This document shows, one piece after another, positions 21,637-32,526 of a stretch of DNA of 64,000 nt (position 1 is the stretch's first letter; every line of letters starts with the position of its first letter). The DNA is from Candidatus Poribacteria bacterium (lineage in GTDB: Bacteria; Poribacteria; WGA-4E; PCPOR2b). The stretch lies in NCBI GenBank assembly GCA_965215015.1, contig OZ244042.1, positions 5,472,001-5,536,000 on the forward strand, written 5' to 3'. The translations under genes were made by a program, and so were the position numbers. The notes under the pieces are model-generated. The model ran no database searches. It saw only the letters and a program-made list of their open reading frames with translations, and was not told the DNA's origin.

Positions 21637-22905
21637 TTAGATTGTCAACACAACCTCAATTTCGTTTTTCCCCGCTTGCAGGTTAACCCGAATAAATAAT
21701 AGCCGATCACCTAACCACGTTACCTCTTGTGCATTCGAGGATACCAACGTAAGGCCGGCGTGATTCCCCCATACAGCTAATCCATACGGCATTGCCTTTG
21801 TAGATTCCAGCGTAAACTGCATCCGCAACTGGCTGCGCGAGCGCGAGGGACGAAACCGTTCAATCTGCGGTAGGTTCACCTCTGCACCGTTACGCGAACT
21901 AACCGGCGGCGAGATGTAGTTTGTCACCCGAATCGGCTCCAACCTACCTTCTTCAAAGACCAACTGACATTCGGCATCGTAATAGGAGAAGATTGATTTG
22001 CCCGAATCGGTTGATGCCTTCTCCTCACCCTCTATCTTGGGGTCAGTGAGCAGAAAAGTTGGCTGTGTCTGCTCACCCGTCTCTTGACATGCACGAACAA
22101 CATCGGGCAGCGACATAATCTGTGTTTTTGATGTCTCGCGTACGTAAGCCAGATATGTATCCAACTGATTGAGTTGTTCTGATGTCAGCGATGCAACCTC
22201 TACAGCATCAATTCGCTGGATATAAGCCAACCAACGGTTCCACGCTGCGTTTGCTGTATAGCAGTCGAATCCCTGCTGCACTGTTCCGTTTAATATTTGG
22301 GAGTGAGAACCGGTGCTCTCCATCTCTTCAGATCCATGGGGTGCCTGTGTAGGGAGGAGAGAAGTGTGCGGGATGCCGACAATTCGACTCGTGGAGACAC
22401 CGCAGAAATTGTGGCGATCTACTGACGGAAAGAAGCACCCAAACGGACAGCCTTCATCCCCTTCATCGTCCCAACCATACCCCCACAACCCAGCAAAACC
22501 AATCTGTGCTAAGGCATAAAGCAGCACATGATTTTTCTGTACCCCTCCTGCGATAATCGGATTCGCCCATTCGATTGCTCTTTGGACTTTCTCTTTTTCG
22601 GACAAGATATAATCCGGCAGCGTTTCGCGCATTGTCACGATATGCTCTGCGGCCCGGCTTAAGTCGTCGGAATCTATTCCCGATCCCCAAATTGGTGCGA
22701 TATCAACCATCAGCATCACTTCGTCGCCGTGGGATGTGTGCCATTCGGTTAAATCTGTGGCGAAGGCTCTTGCCGAAGTCGCCCCAACCCCCCATGTAAT
22801 AGGGATACCGTGTTTATGAGCGACTTCGGCGATGAGACGCATCCCCTGCCTTAACGTCCTTCGATTTTCGGCGATTACAGTGCTAACAAGGGAATAAGTC
22901 AACAT
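21637..22905 (-). CDS. Hypothetical protein (possible deacetylase/glycoside-hydrolase-like barrel)
   Basis: 422-aa ORF; HKHGIPITW N-terminus is only weakly suggestive. Confidence 0.6.
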   Translation of the reverse strand: MLTYSLVSTVIAENRRTLRQGMRLIAEVAHKHGIPITWGVGATSARAFATDLTEWHTSHGDEVMLMVDIAPIWGSGIDSDDLSRAAEHIVTMRETLPDYILSEKEKVQRAIEWANPIIAGGVQKNHVLLYALAQIGFAGLWGYGWDDEGDEGCPFGCFFPSVDRHNFCGVSTSRIVGIPHTSLLPTQAPHGSEEMESTGSHSQILNGTVQQGFDCYTANAAWNRWLAYIQRIDAVEVASLTSEQLNQLDTYLAYVRETSKTQIMSLPDVVRACQETGEQTQPTFLLTDPKIEGEEKASTDSGKSIFSYYDAECQLVFEEGRLEPIRVTNYISPPVSSRNGAEVNLPQIERFRPSRSRSQLRMQFTLESTKAMPYGLAVWGNHAGLTLVSSNAQEVTWLGDRLLFIRVNLQAGKNEIEVVLTI

Positions 22906-22944
22906 AACGCCCCAAACTAGTACCTTTCCAAAAATGATAATGCA

Positions 22945-23489
22945 CTAACGTTTTGGCCCCTCAAGGAAAACGGTAACGCCCGGCTTGGCCAGTTTTCGCG
23001 CATTGATCACTGCGGAAACTAATTCTAACTGCATCCAGAGGAGGCTGTATTGATTCCACCAATTTGCGTATTCCGAGCGATTGCCCCGATTGACCATCCC
23101 TTTCCGGCTGCCCCCGTCTGCGCTACGGATGCCGATCTGCGGGTAGTAAAACCCAGTGACTGCTTTCTCAACCGTTGATTCCAGTTCTACTTGAGGCACT
23201 TCCACCCCCGATGGTCCCAAATCAACGGAGTTGCCGATAAGGTAAGCGTTACGGGTGTGCTTAATCCGAAAATGAACCGGTATATCAAGCGAGTCCGCAA
23301 TGCAATATTGTAATACTCCACCAACAGCCTCGCGTCATATGCCGCATGCTGGCTATCCGCCATGACATAATCGTAATGGTCTTTATTTATAATCGCTTTC
23401 ATCTCATCCCGATTCGCCGATGCCGGTACGCTTACACCGTAAATCAACTCCCCATCATGAATACGCTGTTTCAATTTTTTTGCTGACAT
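22945..23489 (-). pseudogene. HpcH/HpaI aldolase family pseudogene (frameshifted, truncated)
   Basis: Two overlapping frames: ...YDYVMADSQH... then ...DLGPSGVEVPQVE...FYYPQIGIRS; C-terminal half missing. Confidence 0.7.
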
Positions 23490-23682
23490 CTTATGTTTGT
23501 TAAGTGAAAGATCTTAAGAGTTACCCTAATATTATAAACCTTCTCGAATTTTCCGTCAACGCCTTTCTATTTTTAAAACGCACTGACTGAAGATGCCGAA
23601 AGCCATTAACTTAACGCAAGTTTGAGGTAGGGAATGAAACACAGGCACAAGTTGAGAACAACATTTTGCACGATTATTTCCC

Positions 23683-23711
23683 TTGAAACTGCCCGATATC
23701 TGTGTTACAAT
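23683..23711 (+). promoter_or_regulatory. sigma70-like promoter upstream of glyA region
   Basis: TTGAAA - 17 nt - TACAAT with extended TG. Confidence 0.5.
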
Positions 23712-23729
23712 CTGACGTTCCTGAAATTA

Positions 23730-23934
23730 TATAATGCGGTGATTGTAGAGTATACTAAGGCAATCTGCCTCAACCCCAATAATGACTCAACCGACCTCGG
23801 GGAGTTCAAAGTACAAGCTAGATCGCATTCGGGAGGCAAAACAGGATTTTCAAATTGCATTGAAACTCGTTGAGTAGGTTGGCGGTGAGCATCTCAAAGC
23901 CTATATTAAGCCGCTCCTTCAAAAGATTGACTAA
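23730..23934 (+). pseudogene. TPR protein remnant
   Basis: YNAVIVEYTKAICLNPN then, in another frame, [13 protein letters not shown] with an internal stop. Confidence 0.45.
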
Positions 23935-23980
23935 GATGCACAGATTATACCCCAAAGGTTGGAATGAGGATGGTTATCCG

Positions 23981-25243
23981 ATGAACAGAGCACTGAGTGA
24001 AGTTGACCCACAGATTGTCCAGATCATGCTTCAAGATCTGGACCGGCTGCAAAATTGTCTGACCCTAATCCCTTCGGAAAATTATGTAAGTCGGGCGGTC
24101 ATGCAGATGCAGGCAAGTGTCCTGACGAGTAAATATGCTGAAGGAACGCCTGGTGCACGTTACTACAACGGTTGTGCAGCCGCAGATGGCGTGGAAAGCC
24201 TCGCAATCGAGCGGGCAAAGCAGCTTTTCGGTGTCGATCATGTCAACGTTCAACCGCACGCAGGAAATTTAGCCAATATGGCAGCGTACCAAGGGCTGCT
24301 TATGCAGGGTGATACAATTCTGTCGATGAAACTGGATCACGGCGGTCATCTGAGCCATGGGCTTCCTCAGAACTTTTCAGGTAAGTATTACAACGTAGTG
24401 TCTTATGGTGTTGACCCGGAAACAGAACAGATTAACATCAATACAATCGCCGAACTTGCGAAAGCACATCAGCCCAAGCTAATTATTGTGGGCGGTAGTG
24501 CTTATCCACGCTGGTTCCATTTTGCAGAGTGGCGAGAAGTTGCTGATTCCGTCGGTGCGTATTTGATGGCGGACATCGCGCATATTGCTGGCCTCATTGC
24601 CGCAGGTGCACATCCGGATCCGGTGCCTTACTGCGATGTAGTCACTACAACGACCCACAAAACGTTGCGCGGCCCCCGCGGCGCAATTGTTATGTGCCGT
24701 AATGAACTGGCAGAAACGATCGATCGCGCGGTATTTCCGGGGATACAAGGTGGTCCTTTTATGCACACAATCGCAGCGAAGGCGGTTGCCTTCAAAGAAG
24801 CGATGGAACCCGATTTCAAAGCATATCAGAAACAGGTTGTGAAGAACGCCAAAGCACTCGCCAACGCACTGATGGACAACGGGTTTCGCTTGGTAAGCGG
24901 CGGCACGGACAACCACCTCATGCTGATTGATTTAACCACAACATACAAGCAGTTGAGTGGACGGCAAGCCGCAGACCACCTTGAGAACGCAGGCATTATT
25001 GTCAACAAAAATACAATTCCGTTGGATAAACGATCTGCGACCACAACAAGTGGCATTCGCCTCGGCACTCCGATGATAACAGGACGCGGCATGAAAGAGG
25101 CGGAGATGCAGGGGGTTGCCGATTTGATAACGGAAACCCTTGAGGGGCGCAGAAGCGCGCAAACCAAGCAGGGTGTGAGGGAGAAGGTGCGCGATCTTTG
25201 TGAGCAATTTCCAATCTACGAAGATCTGAATCTATGGACGTAA
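23981..25243 (+). CDS. glyA: Serine hydroxymethyltransferase
   Basis: [34 protein letters not shown] lysine, GTDNH; start MNRALS after GAGG. Confidence 0.97.
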   Translation: MNRALSEVDPQIVQIMLQDLDRLQNCLTLIPSENYVSRAVMQMQASVLTSKYAEGTPGARYYNGCAAADGVESLAIERAKQLFGVDHVNVQPHAGNLANMAAYQGLLMQGDTILSMKLDHGGHLSHGLPQNFSGKYYNVVSYGVDPETEQININTIAELAKAHQPKLIIVGGSAYPRWFHFAEWREVADSVGAYLMADIAHIAGLIAAGAHPDPVPYCDVVTTTTHKTLRGPRGAIVMCRNELAETIDRAVFPGIQGGPFMHTIAAKAVAFKEAMEPDFKAYQKQVVKNAKALANALMDNGFRLVSGGTDNHLMLIDLTTTYKQLSGRQAADHLENAGIIVNKNTIPLDKRSATTTSGIRLGTPMITGRGMKEAEMQGVADLITETLEGRRSAQTKQGVREKVRDLCEQFPIYEDLNLWT

Positions 25244-25249
25244 ATAAAA

Positions 25250-26584
25250 TTGAATTACCAAGCCGCTCTCGCCTATATCGATACATTCATTAATTCCGAG
25301 AGAAGCCCTGACTTCTCAAGACAGGCACGTTTTTACAATCTCGAACGTATCTCTCGCCTGCTAGCGCAGTTGGGGGATCCGCATCGCCGCTTGAAGGTCG
25401 TTCATGTGGCCGGTAGCAAAGGGAAGGGATCAACAGCAGCACTGATCGCTTCGATCCTTATACACGCCGGTTACAAGACAGGCTTGTTTACACAACCTCA
25501 CCTAATTACCCCGCGTGAACGGTGCAGGATTAACTCCCGGCTCATTTCAGAGGAGGAATTTGCGCGATACATTGACCGTCTCAAGCCGTCAATTGAAGCG
25601 ATGGCGGAGTTGGAATCAATTGGGCGCGTCTCGTTCTTCGAGATTTATACAGCTCTTGCCTTCTCCTACTTTGCGGACAAGACTGTTGACTTTGCGGTTA
25701 TCGAAGTAGGGCTCGGTGGGCGGCTGGATGCAACAAACGTAGTGGATCCGCTCGTAAGCGTTATTACGCCGATTAGCTTGGAGCACACAGCAATACTTGG
25801 AGATACGCACGAAGCGATAGCAAAAGAAAAAGCGGAGATTATAAAATCCAACCGCCCGGTTGTGTTAGCACCACAACTCTCCCGATCTATCGGGACGGTG
25901 TTTGAAGCTGTCGCTGCAGATCGGGATGCACCGATGGCTGAGGTTGGGCGCGATATTCACCTGAAACGCAAGAACCGGGACATCAATGGACAGACGTTTG
26001 ATCTGACAACACAGGCGGCGTTTTATCCAGACCTCTTTTTACCGTTGCTGGGTGAACACCAAGCAATCAACGCAGCAACTGCTATCGGTTGTATCGAGCG
26101 CATTCGTCAGGAAGGATATAATGTTCCCCGGACCAGTATCTATGACGGACTGAGAGAAGTTCGTTGGGGTGGTCGGATGCAGGTCGTCGGCCAGTCACCT
26201 GTTATTTTGCTGGATGGCGCACATTCCCCAACCTCAGCGGAGGCATTGTGCAAAGCCATCCATGAGGTTTTCTGCTATCAGCATCTGATTCTTGTTGTGG
26301 GCTTAATGCGGGACAAAGACCTGCAAGCCATCGGTCGGGTCTTGTGTCCATTTGCAGATGAAATTATTGCAACGCAGGCATTTGATAATCCGCGTGTCAC
26401 GCCTGCCGAAGAAATTGTACAGGCATGGTCAGAAATCGAGGCAAATTTCCATGTCTGTCCGAGCGTCCGTGAGGCGATACCGTTGGCGCAATCTATCGCC
26501 ACGCCCTCGGATCTAATCTGCATCGCAGGTTCTATCTATATTGTCGGAGAAGCGATGAAGGTACTTGGTATAGATGAAACGTAA
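25250..26584 (+). CDS. folC: Folylpolyglutamate synthase / dihydrofolate synthase
   Basis: HVAGSKGKGST, EVGLGGRLDATNV, LDGAH, GSIY. Confidence 0.95.
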   Translation: MNYQAALAYIDTFINSERSPDFSRQARFYNLERISRLLAQLGDPHRRLKVVHVAGSKGKGSTAALIASILIHAGYKTGLFTQPHLITPRERCRINSRLISEEEFARYIDRLKPSIEAMAELESIGRVSFFEIYTALAFSYFADKTVDFAVIEVGLGGRLDATNVVDPLVSVITPISLEHTAILGDTHEAIAKEKAEIIKSNRPVVLAPQLSRSIGTVFEAVAADRDAPMAEVGRDIHLKRKNRDINGQTFDLTTQAAFYPDLFLPLLGEHQAINAATAIGCIERIRQEGYNVPRTSIYDGLREVRWGGRMQVVGQSPVILLDGAHSPTSAEALCKAIHEVFCYQHLILVVGLMRDKDLQAIGRVLCPFADEIIATQAFDNPRVTPAEEIVQAWSEIEANFHVCPSVREAIPLAQSIATPSDLICIAGSIYIVGEAMKVLGIDET

Positions 26585-26588
26585 AATT

Positions 26589-26671
26589 GTAGGGCGCAGG
26601 TCTTGTGCCTGCCCAAAGTGGGCAACCACAAGTTGCTTTGAATCCCGGGGCCATCGGGGGGTTGCCCCTAC
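26589..26671. repeat. GTAG...CTAC REP-like doublet between folC and hppA
   Basis: GTAGGGCGCAGG...CCTGCCC ... GGTTGCCCCTAC; explains the spurious N-terminal extension of the hppA ORF. Confidence 0.55.
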
Positions 26672-26690
26672 TTTTATAAGGAGATGTTTT

Positions 26691-29048
26691 ATGCTTGAAA
26701 CAGTTGTCAACTGGCTCCGTGAAAGGAGCCGTGGATGTTTAGTTTTTCTCACTTCGTGGATGGGAATGGCAGTTGCAAATTCCGCCTTCGCACAATCAGA
26801 ATCTCTCCCCCCCTTACCCCCTGCGTGGTGGCTTGTCCCAATCGGTTCACTGATCGCTTTAGGATTCGCATTTGTCTTCTATAAATCGGTCATGCGACAG
26901 AGTGAAGGCACAGATGTGATGCGGGAAATCGCCCAAGCGGTCCGTGAGGGAGCAATGGCTTACTTGAAACAGCAGTATAAAGTGGTAGGAGTTGTTTTCG
27001 TTGTACTATGCGTTATCTTCCTCCTCATGGCTTTCGGGTTGAATGCCCAAAACAAGGTTGTGCCCTTTGCGTTTTTGACGGGCGGATTCTTCTCAGGGCT
27101 TTGTGGTTTTCTTGGCATGAAGACTGCAACCAACGCATCGGCTCGTACGACAAGTGCCGCGATGGAGGGACTTAACTCCGGTTTACGAATCTCTTTCCGC
27201 GCTGGTGCAGTGATGGGATTGGTGGTTGTCGGCTTTGCTCTGTTGGATATCGCCGGTTGGTTTCTGATTCTTTACTACCTTTTTCCAAAGATGTTTCCGG
27301 GCTTCTTGGGCGCAAATCCGCTTCCTCAGATTACCGTAATCATGCTCAGTTTCGGTATGGGGGCATCGACACAGGCACTTTTTGCGCGTGTCGGTGGCGG
27401 TATCTACACCAAAGCCGCTGATGTCGGTGCTGACCTTGTAGGGAAAGTGGAAGCTGGCATCCCTGAAGATGATCCCCGTAACCCCGCCGTGATCGCGGAT
27501 AACGTCGGCGATAATGTTGGCGATGTAGCGGGAATGGGAGCAGACCTATACGAATCTTATGCGGGATCTATTCTTGCCACTGCTGCCCTCGGTGTTGCGG
27601 CGGTGGCGTCGAAAGACCACGGTAACATCGCACTTCAGTTGAAATATCTCTCCGCACCGATGATTATTGCGGGGATCGGTGTTATCCTCTCAATCTTGGG
27701 GATTTACATGGTTCGCACGAAAGAAGGTGCCACGATGCGCCAATTGATGGGTTCACTCAACCTCGGCATCAACGGAAGTGCGGTCGGCATTGCTATTTGC
27801 GCGATTCCGGTGTTGTGGATTCTTGACCTCCCGAACAGGTGGCAAATTTGGGGGGCCATTGTGGCAGGCTTAGCCGCCGGTCTAATTATTGGCAAGGTGA
27901 CAGAGGTCTTTACCTCCCACGATTATAGTCCCACACGCGCCATTGCCAAACAAGCGGAGACGGGCCCCGCAACGGTCATCATCGAAGGAATCGCTGTGGG
28001 CATGGAATCCACCGCAATACCCGTGATAACAGTTATCGGTGCCGTTGCTATCAGTTTCTACCTGCCGGGTGGAGCCACGAATACGTTGATGGGACTCTAT
28101 GGCGTCGGTATCGCCGCGGTGGGTATGCTCGCAACGCTTGGTATCACACTAGCGACTGACGCGTATGGGCCAATCGCAGATAATGCAGGCGGTAACGCTG
28201 AAATGTCTGAACTTGATCCGAGTGTCCGTCAGCGCACAGATCAACTCGACGCACTTGGCAATACAACCGCAGCAACCGGGAAGGGGTTCGCCATCGGGTC
28301 TGCTGCATTGACTGCCCTCGCGCTTCTCGCCGCTTATCTTGAGGAGGTTCGGTTTGGACTGATCCATATGGCGGGCCAAGACCAACTAAACATTCCCGGC
28401 GAAGGCATGGTTGATACCGTCAAGGTCAGCATTGCCCAGTTCATGTCTTACTACAATGTAACTCTGATGAATCCCAAGGTGTTAATTGGTCTGTTTATCG
28501 GCGCAGTGATGGCGTTTTACTTCTGTGCTTTAACGATGAAAGCGGTTGGTCGTGCCGCCGGTGCGATGGTGCAGGAAGTGCGTCGTCAATTCCGCGAACG
28601 CCCCGGTATCATGAAACGTGAAGAAAAACCGGATTACGCCCGATGCGTCGCCATCTCGACCATCGGAGCGCAAAGAGAGATGATTCTTCCGTCGCTGATT
28701 GCTATTATTGTCCCGGTGGTTGTTGGGTTGGTCTTCAATGTTGCAGGCGTTCTCGGTTTGCTTGCCGGTGGTTTAGCGACCGGATTTGTGCTTGCAGTGA
28801 TGATGGCAAACGCCGGTGGCGCGTGGGACAACGCAAAAAAATACATCGAGGGTGGGGAATACGGCGGTAAAGGTTCTGACAACCACAACGCAACCGTTGT
28901 CGGCGATACCGTTGGTGATCCGTTCAAGGATACATCAGGACCGTCGCTCAATATCCTCATCAAACTCATGTCAATGGTGTCGGTGGTATTCGCAGGATTA
29001 ATTGCGAAATATGGTGATGTGATCGGTGGCTTGTTAGGAATGGGATAA
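26691..29048 (+). CDS. hppA: Membrane-bound K+-dependent pyrophosphatase (Na+ or Na+,H+ pump)
   Basis: DVGADLVGKVE, DNVGDNVGD, GNTTAA (K+-dependent Ala), GDTVGDPFKD; AAGGAG RBS before ATG 26691. Confidence 0.96.
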   Translation: MLETVVNWLRERSRGCLVFLTSWMGMAVANSAFAQSESLPPLPPAWWLVPIGSLIALGFAFVFYKSVMRQSEGTDVMREIAQAVREGAMAYLKQQYKVVGVVFVVLCVIFLLMAFGLNAQNKVVPFAFLTGGFFSGLCGFLGMKTATNASARTTSAAMEGLNSGLRISFRAGAVMGLVVVGFALLDIAGWFLILYYLFPKMFPGFLGANPLPQITVIMLSFGMGASTQALFARVGGGIYTKAADVGADLVGKVEAGIPEDDPRNPAVIADNVGDNVGDVAGMGADLYESYAGSILATAALGVAAVASKDHGNIALQLKYLSAPMIIAGIGVILSILGIYMVRTKEGATMRQLMGSLNLGINGSAVGIAICAIPVLWILDLPNRWQIWGAIVAGLAAGLIIGKVTEVFTSHDYSPTRAIAKQAETGPATVIIEGIAVGMESTAIPVITVIGAVAISFYLPGGATNTLMGLYGVGIAAVGMLATLGITLATDAYGPIADNAGGNAEMSELDPSVRQRTDQLDALGNTTAATGKGFAIGSAALTALALLAAYLEEVRFGLIHMAGQDQLNIPGEGMVDTVKVSIAQFMSYYNVTLMNPKVLIGLFIGAVMAFYFCALTMKAVGRAAGAMVQEVRRQFRERPGIMKREEKPDYARCVAISTIGAQREMILPSLIAIIVPVVVGLVFNVAGVLGLLAGGLATGFVLAVMMANAGGAWDNAKKYIEGGEYGGKGSDNHNATVVGDTVGDPFKDTSGPSLNILIKLMSMVSVVFAGLIAKYGDVIGGLLGMG

Positions 29049-29261
29049 GAAAGAATGAAAGTGAGAAAATGGGCAGGTGTGAAAGGGTGAAGAAGCCTTA
29101 GTACGTAAAATCGAACACAAACTTGCAAAGAGCAATTATAAAAAAACTTTGCGTCTCTGCGTTCTTGCGTTTGATTTTCACCCTTACTTTCTCCCCATCT
29201 CCCTTTCTTTTTTACTTTTTTAAATTCAGGGATGAACCGCTAGCTTCCAAAGGTTCAAAAA

Positions 29262-30641
29262 ATGTTTAAGAAAATCTTAATTGCAAATCGTGGTGAAATC
29301 GCGCTTAGGATTATCCGTGCCTGTCGGGACATGGGTATCAAGACCGTTGCCATCTATTCAACCGTCGACAAGGATTCACTGCATGTCAAATATGCGGACG
29401 AAGCCTATTGTATCGGACCACCCGCTTCAATGGAAAGCTATCTCAGACCCCCGAACATTATTACCGTCGCCGAGTTGACGGACGTCGACGCCATCCATCC
29501 CGGTGCAGGGTTTTTATCCGAGGATGCACAATTTGCCGAAATCTGCCAAGCCCACGAGATTACCTTCATCGGTCCAACGGCAGAGAATCTGAGAACAATG
29601 GGCGACAAGGCAGAGGCACGGGAAACAATGTCGAAAGCGGGGCTCAAGTTGGTGCCGGGAAGCGGCAGCATTCGGCGGCGACTTCGGAGGAACGTCAGAA
29701 AAGGCTTGGTTGAAAGTGCTGAAGAAGCAGTCGAAATCGCAGAAAAGATTGGCTATCCGGTTGGTATCAAAGCGGTTGCTGGCGGCGGTGGACGCGGCAT
29801 CCGAATCGCGTATGACAGCACCAGCTTGATGGACTTCTTTCACACGGTCAGAGCAGAAGCACAGTCTGCGTTTGGCAGCACTGAAGTTTACGTTGAGAAG
29901 TGGATTGAGAATGCCCGCCACATTGAAGTCCAGATTTTGGCGGATAATCACGGGAATGTCATCCATCTCGGTGAACGGGAATGTTCCATCCAGCATAAGC
30001 ATCAAAAACTGGTTGAGGAAGCCCCCGCCTCGTCTCTATCGTCGAAGGCGCGTCAGGGCATCTGCAGGACCGCCGCTAAAGCCGCAAAATCAATTGGCTA
30101 TAGCAATGTCGGAACTATTGAGTTTGTTGTTGATTCTGAGGAGGAATTTTACTTCTTGGAGATGAACACGCGTATCCAAGTCGAGCATACGGTGACAGAG
30201 ATGACCACGGGAATTGATTTGCTCAAGGAGCAGATTCGACTGGCATGGGGTGAAGAACTTGGATATAGCCAATCGGACGTGGAGGTGAATGGACATGCCA
30301 TCGAGTGTCGGATTAATGCGGAAGACCCCGATAACGGTCTCACCCCTTCCCCAGGGACGGTTGAAGCATATCTGCCGCCGGGGGGTATTGGCATCCGTGT
30401 AGATGGCTACCTTTACCCCGGCTACGCTGTGCCACCCTATTACGATTCCTTAGTCGCGAAACTAATCGCCCACGGTAGAGATCGAGCGGAAGCAGTTGCA
30501 CGCATGAGGCGGGCTTTGGATGAGTTTACTATTGAAGGCATTAAGACAGCCATCCCGCTCCACCGAAAGATTATGGACGATGAACGCTTTCTGAATGCAC
30601 AGGTCTTTACCAACTTTTTGGATTCCGGATTCGCTTGGTAA
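29262..30641 (+). CDS. accC: Acetyl-CoA carboxylase biotin carboxylase
   Basis: [38 protein letters not shown]. Confidence 0.95.
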   Translation: MFKKILIANRGEIALRIIRACRDMGIKTVAIYSTVDKDSLHVKYADEAYCIGPPASMESYLRPPNIITVAELTDVDAIHPGAGFLSEDAQFAEICQAHEITFIGPTAENLRTMGDKAEARETMSKAGLKLVPGSGSIRRRLRRNVRKGLVESAEEAVEIAEKIGYPVGIKAVAGGGGRGIRIAYDSTSLMDFFHTVRAEAQSAFGSTEVYVEKWIENARHIEVQILADNHGNVIHLGERECSIQHKHQKLVEEAPASSLSSKARQGICRTAAKAAKSIGYSNVGTIEFVVDSEEEFYFLEMNTRIQVEHTVTEMTTGIDLLKEQIRLAWGEELGYSQSDVEVNGHAIECRINAEDPDNGLTPSPGTVEAYLPPGGIGIRVDGYLYPGYAVPPYYDSLVAKLIAHGRDRAEAVARMRRALDEFTIEGIKTAIPLHRKIMDDERFLNAQVFTNFLDSGFAW

Positions 30642-30702
30642 AACCCTTTCTGCTTACCCCAAACTATAGTGCTACTGTTCCACTCCGTCGAGAGTATAAT
30701 CC

Positions 30703-31407
30703 ATGCCCGCTTCCATTGATGTTGTTTTTACACCAGATCTCCTACCGTTTTCTGACCTCACAGGCAAAACAGTTGTCGTCGCCGATATTTTGCGTGCGAC
30801 AACCACTATTACCTTCGCTGTGGCAAACGGCGCAACAGCCATCACACCTGTCCTAACTCCTGAAGATGCCTTTCGTCTTGCTAGGAATCAACCGAACACA
30901 TTAAGCGGCGGCGAGCGTGGTGGGATGAAAGTTGATGGGTTCAATCTTGGAAATTCACCGCGTGAATATACCGAAGCGGTCGTCTCGGACCGGCAAATCG
31001 TCTTGACAACGACCAACGGAACACGTACCCTACAAGCCTGCCGTGCCGCTGAACGGGTTCTCGTCGGATCTTTCCTCAATCTTGGTGCGATTGTGGACCG
31101 GCTGGCCCAAGTAGCAGGGGAGCTTGTCCTCGCATGTTCTGGCAGAGAAGGCGGTTTCTGCACGGAAGATACTGTTTTCGCAGGGGCATGTGTGGCAGCA
31201 TTGACGGAACCCCTACCGACCGATGCCGCCGAAGCAGCAAAGATTCTCTATCAGACACACCGTGACAATCTGCTGGGTATGCTCAAGAATTGCTATCATG
31301 GTCAATATCTTGCAGACATTGGACTGGGGGAAGATCTCGAATTTTGCGCTCAAGTGGACCTCGTTGACGTTGTCCCCCGTCAGATTGACGGAAGGGTTAC
31401 TGCCTAA
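30703..31407 (+). CDS. comB: 2-phosphosulfolactate phosphatase family
   Basis: DILRATTT, GERGG, GNSP, TTTNGT, ED...AG. Confidence 0.9.
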   Translation: MPASIDVVFTPDLLPFSDLTGKTVVVADILRATTTITFAVANGATAITPVLTPEDAFRLARNQPNTLSGGERGGMKVDGFNLGNSPREYTEAVVSDRQIVLTTTNGTRTLQACRAAERVLVGSFLNLGAIVDRLAQVAGELVLACSGREGGFCTEDTVFAGACVAALTEPLPTDAAEAAKILYQTHRDNLLGMLKNCYHGQYLADIGLGEDLEFCAQVDLVDVVPRQIDGRVTA

Positions 31408-31704
31408 AACTAGAGGTAGGTGAGAGAACACCGATTACCCAAAATCAGCCACATCCAAGCATCCGTGCGAATCCTTGATTCAGATACTTTCCAAGGCGAA
31501 CCCCTTCTCAGAAATGTGACACATCTGATGACGCTCTTTTGATAATTCAATTTATGAGCACCCCTCAGGTATCTTCGGGGAGGACCGCAATGTGCATCGT
31601 TCATCGGTCTAATGAATCAATGCCCGCCTTCCTGCTTCGCGCATTAGGTTTCACGCTTCACTCTAGCACTACCTTGACGCCCTGATAGACGTTATAAAGA
31701 AAGG

Positions 31705-31767
31705 TCACGGATATCCGTGATTCCTTTCATTTTATGACTTGATCTCTTTTTTCCCTCATGCTATAAT
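31705..31767 (+). promoter_or_regulatory. Palindromic operator TCACGGATATCCGTGA plus sigma70 promoter of the Rieske/cyt b operon
   Basis: Palindrome 31705-31720; TTGATC 31739-31744, 17 nt, TGcTATAAT with the -10 at 31762-31767. Confidence 0.8.
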
Positions 31768-31873
31768 GACCATTGTTTGGATGAGCTGCAATTAAAATAC
31801 TCGGGTCGTGTCCTTATGTTTTTTACACGCCGTTTTACTAAATTCCATAAACTTTGAATTTGAGGTGAAGTTG

Positions 31874-32362
31874 GTGTTATCTCGACGTTCATTTTTTAAG
31901 TTTTTGGGCTGGGGGAATTTCCTCGCTGCTGCTGGACTCGCCTTCGGTCCTGGATTGATTCGATTCTTATACCCGCGAGTCCTTTTTGAACCATCTTCAG
32001 TCTTTACGGCCGGGTTACCTGGTGAATATCCTCCCGGAACGGTTAGCGAGAAGTTCAAAAAAAATCCGTATGGCGTCTGGATTGTTCGGAAAGAAGACGG
32101 CGAATTTTACGCGTTATTGGCAATCTGCACACATCTCGGTTGTACCCCTCGATGGCTAGCATCGGAGAATAAGTTTAAGTGCCCTTGTCACGGGAGTGGG
32201 TTTGACCGTGAAGGGATGCACTTTGAGGGTCCTGCACCGAGACCCCTGGAGCGCGTACAAATTACGCTGGCGGAGGATGGGCAACTGCTAATTGATAAGT
32301 CCGTAAAATTCCTTGAAGAGCGAGGCGATTGGGGGAAAGCGGGATCTTCTTTAAGGATTTAG
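31874..32362 (+). CDS. qcrA: Rieske [2Fe-2S] subunit of a Rieske/cyt b complex
   Basis: Tat motif SRRSFFK, CTHLGC and CPCHGS boxes, GPAPRPL; start GTG/TTG after GAGG. Confidence 0.93.
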   Translation: MLSRRSFFKFLGWGNFLAAAGLAFGPGLIRFLYPRVLFEPSSVFTAGLPGEYPPGTVSEKFKKNPYGVWIVRKEDGEFYALLAICTHLGCTPRWLASENKFKCPCHGSGFDREGMHFEGPAPRPLERVQITLAEDGQLLIDKSVKFLEERGDWGKAGSSLRI

Positions 32363-32526
32363 TGAAGTCAATGGTTCACATAATCTATGTTCCCTTTGAC
32401 CCCCGTTATTCCCCACTCGACTAAATTGTACCCCCTTGGTGCGCCCTTAACGATAAAATCAAATTGAGCAAGAAAGGAGTTATACAGCCCTGGTTATGCT
32501 AATGCGAGGTAGGCTGAGTCGTTGTT

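Noticed and set aside
23712-23980. Long glyA leader as a ZTP/THF/glycine riboswitch
   Set aside because: No consensus elements recognised; the sequence is better explained as a TPR gene remnant
26574-26690. N-terminal extension of hppA in the ORF track
   Set aside because: It is translated REP repeat; the RBS supports ATG 26691
31710-31715. GATATC core of the operator as target of the local Dam-class methylase (epigenetic switch)
   Set aside because: Methylase specificity cannot be read from the sequence; no support beyond coincidence
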